Shown here in pieces: positions 8,850-20,828 of a DNA stretch of 44,393 nucleotides. The stretch lies in contig JAKAUB010000207.1 in assembly GCA_021827845.1 (NCBI GenBank), positions 1 through 44,393 on the forward strand, read 5' to 3'. A program made the position numbers and the translations under genes. The DNA comes from Acidobacteriota bacterium (GTDB taxonomy: Bacteria > Acidobacteriota > Terriglobia > Terriglobales > Acidobacteriaceae). Numbering within the stretch: the stretch's first letter is position 1; the number at the start of each line of letters is the position of its first letter. Below the pieces are notes generated by a model. That model did no database searches, had not been told where the DNA came from, and worked only from the letters and a program-made list of their open reading frames with translations.

Positions 8850-9300
8850 TCATCCCACTTTGACACGCGGATCGACTGAGCATAACCTCGGTTTGATCTC
8901 GATGCCCGCTCTGATGGTGTCAGATAGCTGGATGTAGTTCGCATAGCCCGTGCCCTCGAAGGCATCGAAAACAGCGGGGTGTACGCCACCCCTCCCTAGT
9001 GGCCGCCAAGCGGATCGTTCCAGCGATAGCGACGTAGCCGATGTTGGCTTTCGCATCGTAGTAGTGATCGATGTAGTTTGCACGGTGCGGGTCAGTCGAT
9101 ATCTTGGCAACCAAATAGCAGAAGAATTTATGGGCTTTGTCGGCGCATATCTTCTGTTTCTCAAGAGCTCCGGCGAGGTCTTGGTAGAAAACTGCCTTTC
9201 ACATTACCCAATCAAGGAACTTTTCCTCCGATTTACAAAGTAAATTGCCTCCTGTACGATTTGCCCACTCCTCCCACGAGTGGTTACAGTCAGCCGGAAC
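8850..9300 (-). pseudogene. decayed gene relic of unknown family in a low-GC spacer (one in-frame TGA plus one frameshift)
   Basis: Minus-strand reading gives ...CNHSWEEWANRTGGNLLCKSEEKFLDWVM, then TGA at 9201-9199. The same frame continues as KAVFYQDLAGALEKQKICADKAHKFFCYLVAKISTDPHRANYIDHYYDAKANIGYVAIAGTIRLAA. Protein-like sequence then shifts to another frame near 8990: GGVHPAVFDAFEGTGYANYIQLSDTIRAGIEIKPRL...stop at 8850. I recognise no family. Confidence 0.3.
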
Positions 9301-9344
9301 TTGAAAGCAGTCCAGAACCTGCCGCAGTCCCGGCCTTGAATTGA

Positions 9345-11111
9345 ATGCTTGTACAACGCGAGGATCCCAAAAAAATGTATCTACCGAAACTATTGCCGCT
9401 CGTTGTTTGCGCAGCGGTGGCTTGTACGCCGGCGATGTATGGTGCCAACCAGAAGTCCGCCAAAGTCCGTAAAATCGGCACAACAACTCTCTCCGAAGCA
9501 GCCGCGCGCGCACAGGCGCCAAGTTTCGCCGGCCAAACTGAAGGTCGGCCCAAATCGATGTTGAAGCAGATGCCCAAGCCGGGCCATCCGTCATTTTCCG
9601 GCGGCCGGGACAATCAAGGCGGCAACCTGATGTTCGCCGGATATCCGGTTGTGGGGCCGACTCCATCGTTTTCCGGTTTCGACGCGCTGGACTCCACGGA
9701 TTCTGGCGACGCGGTGGGATTCGTGGATGAACCGCCCGATCAGGGCATGAGCACCAACGGAAATCAGGTCGCCGAGGCCGTCAATCTGGCGTTTCAGGTG
9801 TTCTCCACTGCAGGCAAGCCGCTGACTGCACCGATCGGCCTGTATGCGTTTTACAACGTTTCCGAGGCACAAAATGCCGATGGCTCGTTCACTGAGCTGT
9901 CCGATCCACGCGTCTTTTTCGACTGGGAATCGGGAAGGTGGTTTGTGACGATTCTCGAATACTACGCGAACGCCAACGGGCTTACCGGCGGCTCCAACGT
10001 TTTAATCGCGGTCAGCGATAGCAGCGATGCGACCGGCAGCTACACCATCAATTCCGTCGATGTTTCCGATGTGGGTTACGGCGGTTGCCCGTGCCTGGGC
10101 GATCAGCCGCTGCTCGGCGTAAACCAGGACGGGGTCTATCTGAATGACAACGAATATGCCACCAGCACCTTGAATTTTGAAACGACTCTGATCACCGCCA
10201 TCAACAAGCAGGACTTGATCAATGGCACGACAACGCCGATTGCCGTGGCTTTCGATGGGCTCAATCTGCCAGGGGGGCAGGCGTTTTCCATTGAACCCGC
10301 ATTCCCCTCGCCGGGAACCGCAACGGACGCGAACATGGGAACGGAATTTTTCACCAGTTCCCTGGACTTTAACGGAACGGGCGATAACCGCATTGCCGTC
10401 TGGTCGCTCACCAATACGGAATCATTGAAAGACAATGTTCCCAACCTGAAATTGCAGCAGACCATCGTGCAGACCGAGGAGTATCAAACCCCCCAGGTTG
10501 GCGCGGTGCAGAAAGTTGGGCCCTTCCCGCTCGGCCAAGCCCTTCATGATCCCGAGGAAACCCTGAACCCGAACGATGACCGCATGCTGCAACTCTATTA
10601 CTCCAAAGGGGAGCTCTACAGCGGGTTAAATACAACGTTGCTGGAGCCGGGAAACGCGAGCGCGATGCGAAACGGAGCGGCGTGGTTTGCTGTTCAACCT
10701 TACGCTTCCTCGACAACCCTGTCGGCGCGCGTCACGAGCCAGGGTTACATCGGGATCGCCAACGGCTCGGTGCTCTATCCTGCTTTCGCGGTGGACAGCA
10801 CCGGACAAGGTGCGATTGCATTCACAATTACCGGGCAGAACTACTTTCCCAGCACCGGATATGTAAAATTCCAGGGAAATAGCATCCAGCCGCAGGTGCA
10901 TCTTGCCGGGATTGGACAGGCTCCAGAGGATGGATTCTCCGGTTACGCGCAATTCGGTGGCGCAGGCTATGCGCGCTGGGGCGACTACGGGGCCGCAATG
11001 GTCGCTCCGGATGGTTCGATCTGGCTGGCGTCGGAATACATTCCCAACCCGGCGACACGTCCGCGGACGTCCTACACAGACTGGGGGACTTTCATTTCCC
11101 GCATTCAATAA
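9345..11111 (+). CDS. secreted hypothetical protein, probably beta-propeller/sialidase-like fold (function unknown)
   Basis: 588-aa ORF with signal peptide MYLPKLLPLVVCAAVACTPAMYG. The alternative start ATG at 9375 has GAGGA 10 nt upstream. The sequence is Gly/Ser/Thr/Asn-rich and beta-strand-like, with a C-terminal ARWGDYGAAMVAPDGSIWLASEY motif of the kind seen in uncharacterised propeller proteins. GC3 is lower than in core genes. Confidence 0.75.
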   Translation: MLVQREDPKKMYLPKLLPLVVCAAVACTPAMYGANQKSAKVRKIGTTTLSEAAARAQAPSFAGQTEGRPKSMLKQMPKPGHPSFSGGRDNQGGNLMFAGYPVVGPTPSFSGFDALDSTDSGDAVGFVDEPPDQGMSTNGNQVAEAVNLAFQVFSTAGKPLTAPIGLYAFYNVSEAQNADGSFTELSDPRVFFDWESGRWFVTILEYYANANGLTGGSNVLIAVSDSSDATGSYTINSVDVSDVGYGGCPCLGDQPLLGVNQDGVYLNDNEYATSTLNFETTLITAINKQDLINGTTTPIAVAFDGLNLPGGQAFSIEPAFPSPGTATDANMGTEFFTSSLDFNGTGDNRIAVWSLTNTESLKDNVPNLKLQQTIVQTEEYQTPQVGAVQKVGPFPLGQALHDPEETLNPNDDRMLQLYYSKGELYSGLNTTLLEPGNASAMRNGAAWFAVQPYASSTTLSARVTSQGYIGIANGSVLYPAFAVDSTGQGAIAFTITGQNYFPSTGYVKFQGNSIQPQVHLAGIGQAPEDGFSGYAQFGGAGYARWGDYGAAMVAPDGSIWLASEYIPNPATRPRTSYTDWGTFISRIQ

Positions 11112-11136
11112 TCCCGCAGCCAATCATGTGCAGCGC

Positions 11137-11162
11137 GCGCGCCCGGTGTTCTCACCGGGCGC
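11137..11162. terminator. GC-rich hairpin CGCGCCCGGTG-TTCT-CACCGGGCGCG between convergent genes
   Basis: A perfect 11-bp stem with a 4-nt loop lies 26 nt after the stop at 11111. There is no clear U-tract, so it may be a bidirectional terminator or a stabiliser. Confidence 0.5.
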
Positions 11163-11405
11163 GGTTCGCTTATCCTTAAGAAAAATGGCGTGCCGCTCAA
11201 GGAGGTAGGCGCATCAGGCTAGCCGTTAGACCATTCCTTACTCGTGCGCGAATAACAATCCAATTTCGCGGCATTTCGCAATCAGGTATAAAGCGCGGAA
11301 GCGGCCCACGTGGAAGAACCTCTCCATCTTTCTAACTGCGCGGCCCTCGCAGACGGCGCATTCTCTACAACCACAATGTTCTTGGAAAAGCCTGCGGTTG
11401 CTTGG

Positions 11406-13412
11406 CTACTGCGTCCACTGCACGCCGGGATACAGGCTGGGCATCCGGAACGCACGATAGAGGCCTGTGCCGGTAGAGTGCATGTGCCAGACGGTGTTCG
11501 CCTGGTCGTTCTGGGTGACTTCAAAGACGTCCGAACTCAAAACCCCGCCGGGATAGGTGCCGCATAGGTCGTACTCGATATTGCCGTTGGGCAGCTGCTC
11601 GGAGTTGCCGCCGAAAGAGTTGTAGAGGTTTGGCGGAATAATCTGATGAAACAGCAGTGTTGCTGTCTTCGCGGTTTCGTTGATCTGTAGCACGGGCACC
11701 GTCGAATACAGGCATGCCGGCGCACCCGTGGTGCCGCAGGTTACGCCGGGCGGAAACATGCGGTCGTCACCATTGTCCATCAAGGTCAGTTTGAAGATGC
11801 CCGCAGTGGGGGAGCCGATAAAGCTCGGCCCATGCTGGGCATAGAACCAGTCGATCGGATCGCTCCCGCCCTGCAGCGTAAAATCGCCGCCCTGTCCCAG
11901 CTTCCACAGAATGCTGCCGTCGCCGCTGCCGTTTGCGTAGTTGACTTTAATCAGCCAGTTCTGGTGCCGGACGGAGACGATGAAGTTTCCGTCATCGGGG
12001 GAGTAGATGATGGCGTTTGAATGGGTCCAGTCCGGAAACTGCATGGGATGGCGATTCACGTCGAGATGATCGAACTCATTCCAGGCCCACACTGGGTTCC
12101 AGTTCTGATCCAGATCGACAACCACATCCCCCAGCACGCTGATGGTTCCCGGATAGCCGGGCAGGTTGGTGAACTGCTTCAGCGTATTGGCCATGACCAG
12201 CAGATGGCCGTTGGGCAGTGGCTCAATATCATGGTGAAAATCCACGAGCGTGATCGGGATTCCCGCCTGCGCCAGGCCAGCATTCACCTGCGCCAGTGTG
12301 GTCTGCCGCACGATCTTACCCGTCAGATCCACCTCCCGGATTGCAATCAGCAAATTGGAAGCCGTGGGCCCGTGGAGCGGCGCCTCCGAGCTGACGCCTA
12401 TGTCCATGACGATGTCGCCATTGGGCAGTAGCTTGCCTGCATTGATTCCGGAGTTTGCCACCTGGTCTGTAAACGGATAGGTCCAGATCACATTGCCGGC
12501 GAGATCGGTTGCGTACAGTCCCTGGGAGGGCCCGGCCACGGCGGAGATCATCTCAACGCCGGGCTGCGGCGTCTCGCCGGTGGGAGTGTTTGCCGTCAGC
12601 CCTGGATTGAATGGCGCATGAGCCGTCGAACCGCCAACCTCCGGCATTTGCCCCACTGCGAAGGTATGGTCAACATCCGTGGCCGTCTGGCCGTTTTCAA
12701 ACGTCACGGTCGCTTGCATGTGATAGGTGGTGTTGGCCAGCATTCCGGCAACCAGGATATTGACCGGGCCGCCACCGCTGGGCGTGGGCACGCTCCACGT
12801 CTGGCGGCCATACGAGGTTGTCGGGCCGAAGTTCACTGTGACGTTTCCGGCGAACGGCGGCGTAATCGTATAGAGAGCCACCTGCGGGTTGATGGTGGCA
12901 GAGACCGTCCCGGCCGACAGCATAAAAGCGTGGCCAGTCAGCGCGACGGTCGAGGAGGTACCAGCCGGGACGCCGCGGAAGTTGAGATTGAGAGCCGCCG
13001 CGTCCTCGCCGCCCGGGGAGGGTTGGGTCGGGGCATAGGAGACATCGACTCCACAACTGGCGCCAGCCGGCAGCCGAATCCCGCAGGTTGTGCCGGAGGC
13101 CAGGTGGAACAAACTGTTTGCCGGAAGAGACGGCTGGAGCGTGATCGCGGAGTTGCCATTGTTCGTGATCTGGACGACCGTACCGCTCAGGTTGTTTCCG
13201 GCCAAAGTATCGCCAAAATCATAGGACGTGCCGCTCAACGTGACTTGCGGGCGGCTCTGCGCGGGCTGCAGGTTCACGGTCCCGGTGACGGGCGAAGAAC
13301 TGGCTATAGGCCCCGCGGTCAGTGTCGTCTTGCCGCTGCTGCCGCAGCCGGCGATGACTGCGGGCAACAGCAAGGCACAACCCCAGGGTGGGAATCGCCG
13401 ATTTTTGTGCAT
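11406..13412 (-). CDS. arylsulfotransferase (ASST)-family beta-propeller lipoprotein with N-terminal Ig-like (choice-of-anchor-D-type) domain
   Basis: A lipobox is present: MHKNRRFPPWGCALLLPAVIAGC|GSS, with the ATG at 13412. The N-terminal segment FGDTLAGNNLSGTVVQITNNGNSAITL...CGIRLPAGASCGVDVSYAP matches the choice-of-anchor-D pattern. The C-terminal segment LVDFHHDIEPLPNGHLLV...NEFDHLDVNRHPMQFPDWTHSNAIIYSPDDGNFIVSVRHQNWLIKV resembles ASST-family motifs. The ORF-track start at 13508 adds 32 unlikely residues. Confidence 0.65.
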   Translation of the reverse strand: MHKNRRFPPWGCALLLPAVIAGCGSSGKTTLTAGPIASSSPVTGTVNLQPAQSRPQVTLSGTSYDFGDTLAGNNLSGTVVQITNNGNSAITLQPSLPANSLFHLASGTTCGIRLPAGASCGVDVSYAPTQPSPGGEDAAALNLNFRGVPAGTSSTVALTGHAFMLSAGTVSATINPQVALYTITPPFAGNVTVNFGPTTSYGRQTWSVPTPSGGGPVNILVAGMLANTTYHMQATVTFENGQTATDVDHTFAVGQMPEVGGSTAHAPFNPGLTANTPTGETPQPGVEMISAVAGPSQGLYATDLAGNVIWTYPFTDQVANSGINAGKLLPNGDIVMDIGVSSEAPLHGPTASNLLIAIREVDLTGKIVRQTTLAQVNAGLAQAGIPITLVDFHHDIEPLPNGHLLVMANTLKQFTNLPGYPGTISVLGDVVVDLDQNWNPVWAWNEFDHLDVNRHPMQFPDWTHSNAIIYSPDDGNFIVSVRHQNWLIKVNYANGSGDGSILWKLGQGGDFTLQGGSDPIDWFYAQHGPSFIGSPTAGIFKLTLMDNGDDRMFPPGVTCGTTGAPACLYSTVPVLQINETAKTATLLFHQIIPPNLYNSFGGNSEQLPNGNIEYDLCGTYPGGVLSSDVFEVTQNDQANTVWHMHSTGTGLYRAFRMPSLYPGVQWTQ

Positions 13413-13620
13413 GCACAGTTTCTTCCTGCCTGGATTTTTATGTAACGCGCATCGTTGAGGTGTTGCACGGATAATAACCGTTACCAAGGTAAGGAGGAAC
13501 GAAATCAAAAACTTTTCTGCGCGTGCAGGGGTGACTCTTTCGCTCCTTCTGCGTCCGCGCCTCCGGATGCTGCAACCGCCGGATTCGACGTTGGCTTCTC
13601 AATGGAGATGGGAGAACAGT

Positions 13621-13977
13621 ATGCCAGCAAAAAAGACCCACAGTAAGAAAGCCGCAAAATCCAGCGCGCACTCGCGGCGCCCGGCCACGCGCAAGACTGC
13701 AGCGAAGAAGTCCAGCACCCGACGATCTGCGACGGGCGCCAAATCCACAGCTCCGCGGAGAGCGGCCGCGAAGAAGAAGTCAGCGAGCCGCAAATCGACC
13801 ACCCGGAAGTACAGTCCGAAGGCGTCGAAGAGCCTCGAGCGGGAGATGCGCGCCTACAAGGAAGGGAAGCTGAAGAGCGGGTCCGGGCGCAAGGTTACGA
13901 ACCCCAAACAGGCCGTGGCAATCGGCCTGTCAGAAGCGCGGCGGGCTGGGGCCAAAGTACCGCGGAAGCGGGGATAG
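13621..13977 (+). CDS. small highly basic protein: histone-H1-like Lys/Ala/Ser/Arg N-terminal tail plus conserved C-terminal KQAVAIGLSEARRAG module (DUF6496-like, unverified)
   Basis: The ATG at 13621 has GGAGAA 4 nt upstream. The product is 118 aa. Its N-terminal 70 aa consist of KKAAK/RKTAAKK-type repeats, and the C-terminus is EMRAYKEGKLKSGSGRKVTNPKQAVAIGLSEARRAGAKV. Confidence 0.6.
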   Translation: MPAKKTHSKKAAKSSAHSRRPATRKTAAKKSSTRRSATGAKSTAPRRAAAKKKSASRKSTTRKYSPKASKSLEREMRAYKEGKLKSGSGRKVTNPKQAVAIGLSEARRAGAKVPRKRG

Positions 13978-14086
13978 CTTCTCGCGGGCGACGGGGACCG
14001 AAGGGTAACTGCCAGAGAAAAAGGGACTTAGGCGGGCTGACGGCGGATGCGTTGCGTGGCTCGAGCTGGATGGCTGGTTTTGCTGT

Positions 14087-14105
14087 ATTATCAATTAACG
14101 ATAAT
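14087..14105. promoter_or_regulatory. AT-rich inverted repeat ATTATC-N7-GATAAT about 50 nt upstream of the RND operon start (candidate -10 element or operator)
   Basis: Read directly: gtATTATCaattaacGATAATcgg. This is the only AT-rich patch in the 13978-14152 intergenic region. GATAAT resembles a -10 hexamer. No experimental support exists. Confidence 0.25.
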
Positions 14106-14152
14106 CGGTAACCGGCTTCCTCTTCTTCAAGCCGCGCTCCCGCTCCCGCCCT

Positions 14153-17337
<3,185 letters not shown>

Positions 17338-17341
<4 letters not shown>

Positions 17342-18597
17342 GCGTCCCTGCCACGACCGAAAGCCATACGGCTCCCAAGCCGCAGGCGGCGCGCCGCGCC
17401 GCCGTAATTGCGCTCGTCTTGTTGATCGTTGCGCTGATCGTCGGCGCTACCGGAATTCTGACGCGTGTGCATGCCCGCTCCGAACTGCGCACCCAGACCA
17501 ATCGGCTGGCGGTACCGGACGTCTCGCTGGTCACGCCCCAGTTGGGGCAGCCCGCGCAGGACGTGATTCTTCCGGGTACCATCCAGGCGTTTCACGATGC
17601 GCCGATTTATGCGCGTACGAATGGATATGTCACCTCGTGGACGCATGACATCGGGGCGCATGTCCGTCAGGGAGAGTTGCTCGCAGTCATCGCCACGCCG
17701 GAGCTGGACCGTCAGGTGGCGCAGGCTCGCGCGGCGGTAGCCACGGCCAAGGCGAACCTGCGCCTGGCCAACATAACCGCCAATCGCTATGACAGCCTTC
17801 GGGGAACGCGTGCCGTCTCCAAACAGTCCATCGATACGGCCAGCCAGACGAACGAGGCGCAGTACGCTTCGCTGCAGGTAGCCCAGCAGAATCTGAACCA
17901 GATGCTCGCGCTGCAGTCCTTTGAGCGTGTGTATGCGCCATTCTCCGGAGTGATTACCGCGCGCAACACGGATATCGGCCAACTGGTTGCAGCGGGCAGC
18001 ACCGGCGGCACCGGCAGCGGCAGCATCTTCGGCACCACTTCATCGACGGTAAACGGCAGCACCCCGCAGGAGCTGTTTCGGGTGTCCGACACGCGCGTGG
18101 TGCGAATCTTTGTGCAGGTTCCGGGGGAAGACGTACCCGAGGCTCAGCCGGGAGTGACGACCGAAATTCAAGTGCCGGGATTTCCGGGCCGCATCTTCAC
18201 CGGCCACATCGTACGCACCTCGCATGCGCTTGATCTGAACACGCGCGCATTGACGGTCGAAGTGGATATCGAAAACCGCGATGGAGCGCTCCTGCCCGGC
18301 GCCTACGCGGAGGTCCACCTGAAGCTGCCGGTGAAACATCCGGGCATCATCGTGCCGGTGGATGCGCTGATGTTCCGCTCCGAGGGGCTACGGGTTGTCA
18401 CGTTGGATAGTGCTCATCGAGCGCATCTGGTGCCCATCACAGTCGGGCGCGACTGGGGCACAAAGATTGAGGTGCTGACCGGACTGAATCCAGGTGAGCC
18501 GGTCGTTCTGAGCCCGCCTGACTCGATCGTTGACGGAGAAAAAGTTCACGTGGTCCAGGGCGTCGGTACGCAATTCACGGGAGGCGTAAAGTCGTGA
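17338..18597 (+). CDS. RND efflux periplasmic adaptor (membrane fusion protein, HlyD family)
   Basis: The start overlaps the RND stop in an ATGA. It has an N-terminal TM anchor, a coiled-coil hairpin (PELDRQVAQARAAVATAKANL...) and beta-barrel/lipoyl motifs (APFSGVITARN). Confidence 0.9.
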
Positions 18598-20111
18598 GCG
18601 TCTCCGGCAATCCTGCGCGTGCAAAGGCAATCGCGCCGCTCCGGCGGCGAGACATTCCTGCGCTCGGCAAGAATCGCGGCCGATGGCTCAGTGCTGCGGG
18701 GCTGCTCGCAATGGCGACTCTTACCGGCTGCATGGTGGGCCCTAACTACCATCGTCCGTCCGCGCCGGCCACGCCGGAGTTCAAAGAGGCGGCAGGATGG
18801 CAGCCCGCTCATCCCGCCGATCAGGCGCCACCGGCCATTCGCGCCCAGTGGTGGAGCATGTTCGGCGACCCCGAGCTGAATACGCTGGAGGCACAGGTGG
18901 CGTCCGCCAACCAGTCGGTGAAGGCTGCGGTGGCCCAGTACGAACAGGCACGCGCCATGGTGCAATATCAGCACGCCAATCTCTATCCATTTCTTTCGGC
19001 CGGGGTGTCTGGTACGCGCCAGCGCGGCTCGGAGAATCGCCCGACATACTTCAACGGCTTCATTCCCAACCAGTTTAACGACTTCACATTGCCGCTCGAT
19101 GTCTCCTGGGAGCCCGATCTTTGGGGCCGCGTGCGCCGTACAGTGCGCGCAGCACGCGCCAATGCGCAATCCAGCGCTGCCGATCTCGCCAATCTGCAGC
19201 TCAGCCTGCAGGCTGAACTTGCGGTCGACTACTTTACGCTGCGCGGTCTGGATGAACAGAAGCGGATTCTGGATGCGACGGTCGCCGCGTATACGGAGTC
19301 GCTGCACCTTACCGAGCAATTGTTCCACGCGGGACTCGGATCGGATCTGGAAGTGGCGCAGGCGGAGACGCAGTTGAAGGCGGCGCAGGCGCAGGATGAA
19401 GACGTGGCCGTAGCGCGTGCGCAGAATGAGCATGCGATCGCTGTGTTGACCGGGCGGCCTCCGGCGGAGCTAAGCATTCCGCCGACGCCATGCCCCTGCC
19501 AGCCACCGGAGGTGCCCAGCTTATTGCCGTCGCAGATGCTAGAGCGTCGTCCCGACGTTGCAGCCGCCGAGCGGCAAATGGCGGCGGCCAATGAGCAGAT
19601 CGGCATCGCCCGCTCCGCATACTATCCGACTTTTTCCATCGGTGGCGCAGGCGGTCTGGAGAGCGCGCATCCCGGCAACCTGTTTACCGGCGCCAGCACG
19701 TTCTGGTCATTCGGGCTGTCTGCCGCAGACACTCTGGTGGACTGGGGCCAGCGCCATGCCCTCAATACGCAGGCACAGGCCAACTACGACGGGACAGTCG
19801 CCAACTACCGCCAGACCGTGCTGACGGCGTACCAGGAAGTGGAAGACAACCTGGCCGCCATGCACATCCTGCAGGGAGAGTCTGCAACCCAGATGCAGAC
19901 CATCGAGTCAGCGCGCCGGCAGGAAGCCCTGGCGATGAAACGGTTTCGCGAGGGCCTCGATCCGTACATCAACGTTATTCAGGCGCAAAGCGTTGTCTTA
20001 TCCAGTCAACTGACAGAGTCCACCATCGGTACGCGCAGGATGACCGCGAGCGTTCTGCTGATCAAGGCGCTGGGCGGTGGATGGTCCGTTCGGCAGATGC
20101 CTCGCGACTAA
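18594..20111 (+). CDS. efflux outer-membrane factor lipoprotein (NodT/OprM family)
   Basis: A GTG start overlaps the MFP stop (GTGA). The lipobox LAMATLTGC|MVGPNY is followed by the typical PNYHRP motif, and two OEP repeats are present. Confidence 0.9.
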   Translation: MSVSGNPARAKAIAPLRRRDIPALGKNRGRWLSAAGLLAMATLTGCMVGPNYHRPSAPATPEFKEAAGWQPAHPADQAPPAIRAQWWSMFGDPELNTLEAQVASANQSVKAAVAQYEQARAMVQYQHANLYPFLSAGVSGTRQRGSENRPTYFNGFIPNQFNDFTLPLDVSWEPDLWGRVRRTVRAARANAQSSAADLANLQLSLQAELAVDYFTLRGLDEQKRILDATVAAYTESLHLTEQLFHAGLGSDLEVAQAETQLKAAQAQDEDVAVARAQNEHAIAVLTGRPPAELSIPPTPCPCQPPEVPSLLPSQMLERRPDVAAAERQMAAANEQIGIARSAYYPTFSIGGAGGLESAHPGNLFTGASTFWSFGLSAADTLVDWGQRHALNTQAQANYDGTVANYRQTVLTAYQEVEDNLAAMHILQGESATQMQTIESARRQEALAMKRFREGLDPYINVIQAQSVVLSSQLTESTIGTRRMTASVLLIKALGGGWSVRQMPRD

Positions 20112-20119
20112 GGAAAAAC

Positions 20120-20824
20120 ATGAATACAACCGTACCGCCGCAGGATGTCGACGCCGACCTTGAGGACCTTCTTTATAAGGGTCCATCGGCCGAATCGGCT
20201 CCAATGAATAGAAATTGCATGCATGACCGGATTCGCTGGACGATCCTCGAGCGCATCATGGACGGCGTGTATCAGCCGGGCGAGCGGCTCAAGGAACTCA
20301 CACTGGCGAAGGAATTTAAGGTCAGTCAGGCTCCCGTTCGCGAGGCGCTGCGCAAGCTGGAGGCGATTGGCGTTCTGGAGTCGGAGCCTTATCGGGGCAC
20401 ACGGGTGCGCGGGTTTTCCCCGAAAGAGTTGCGCGATGCGTATCAACTGCGGGGAATCCTCGAACAATCGGCGGCGGAATTCCTGACGGATTTTCCGGAG
20501 GAGAATGTGCGTTATCTCGAGCAGGAGTATGCCGCGATGCGCGCCGCCGTTGCGTCGGGCGACCTGAACGCTGTTGCCTGGCATAACCGGAACTTCCACC
20601 GCTCGATCGTGGAGCAGTGCACCAATCGCGAAGTTGTGCGCGCGTGGCGCTCGCTGGGTGTCTGCATGCGGGCGCGCATGAATGTGCAGCGGCGGATCGA
20701 GCACCTTTCGACCGCGATTCTGTCCCACCAGGCGATCATCGACGCGCTGCGGGCGCGCGATTTTGCCCAGACGGGACGGCTGCTGCGGGAACATTCGTTC
20801 AGCTTTGTCGCCGACCTCACATAG
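20120..20824 (+). CDS. GntR-family transcriptional regulator (FadR/FCD-type C-terminal domain)
   Basis: A winged-HTH is present: GERLKELTLAKEFKVSQAPVREALRKLEAIGVLESEPYRGTRV. The C-terminal domain is helical and FCD-like. The ATG at 20120 lies 5 nt after AAGGA and 9 nt after the OMF stop, so it is probably co-transcribed with the efflux genes. Confidence 0.85.
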   Translation: MNTTVPPQDVDADLEDLLYKGPSAESAPMNRNCMHDRIRWTILERIMDGVYQPGERLKELTLAKEFKVSQAPVREALRKLEAIGVLESEPYRGTRVRGFSPKELRDAYQLRGILEQSAAEFLTDFPEENVRYLEQEYAAMRAAVASGDLNAVAWHNRNFHRSIVEQCTNREVVRAWRSLGVCMRARMNVQRRIEHLSTAILSHQAIIDALRARDFAQTGRLLREHSFSFVADLT

Positions 20825-20828
20825 TTCC

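Noticed and set aside
9199-9201. The in-frame TGA in the relic ORF read as a selenocysteine codon.
   Set aside because: No SECIS-like hairpin is evident immediately downstream. A frameshift also disrupts the same reading frame about 200 nt further on, and the region is AT-rich and decayed. A pseudogene is the simpler explanation.
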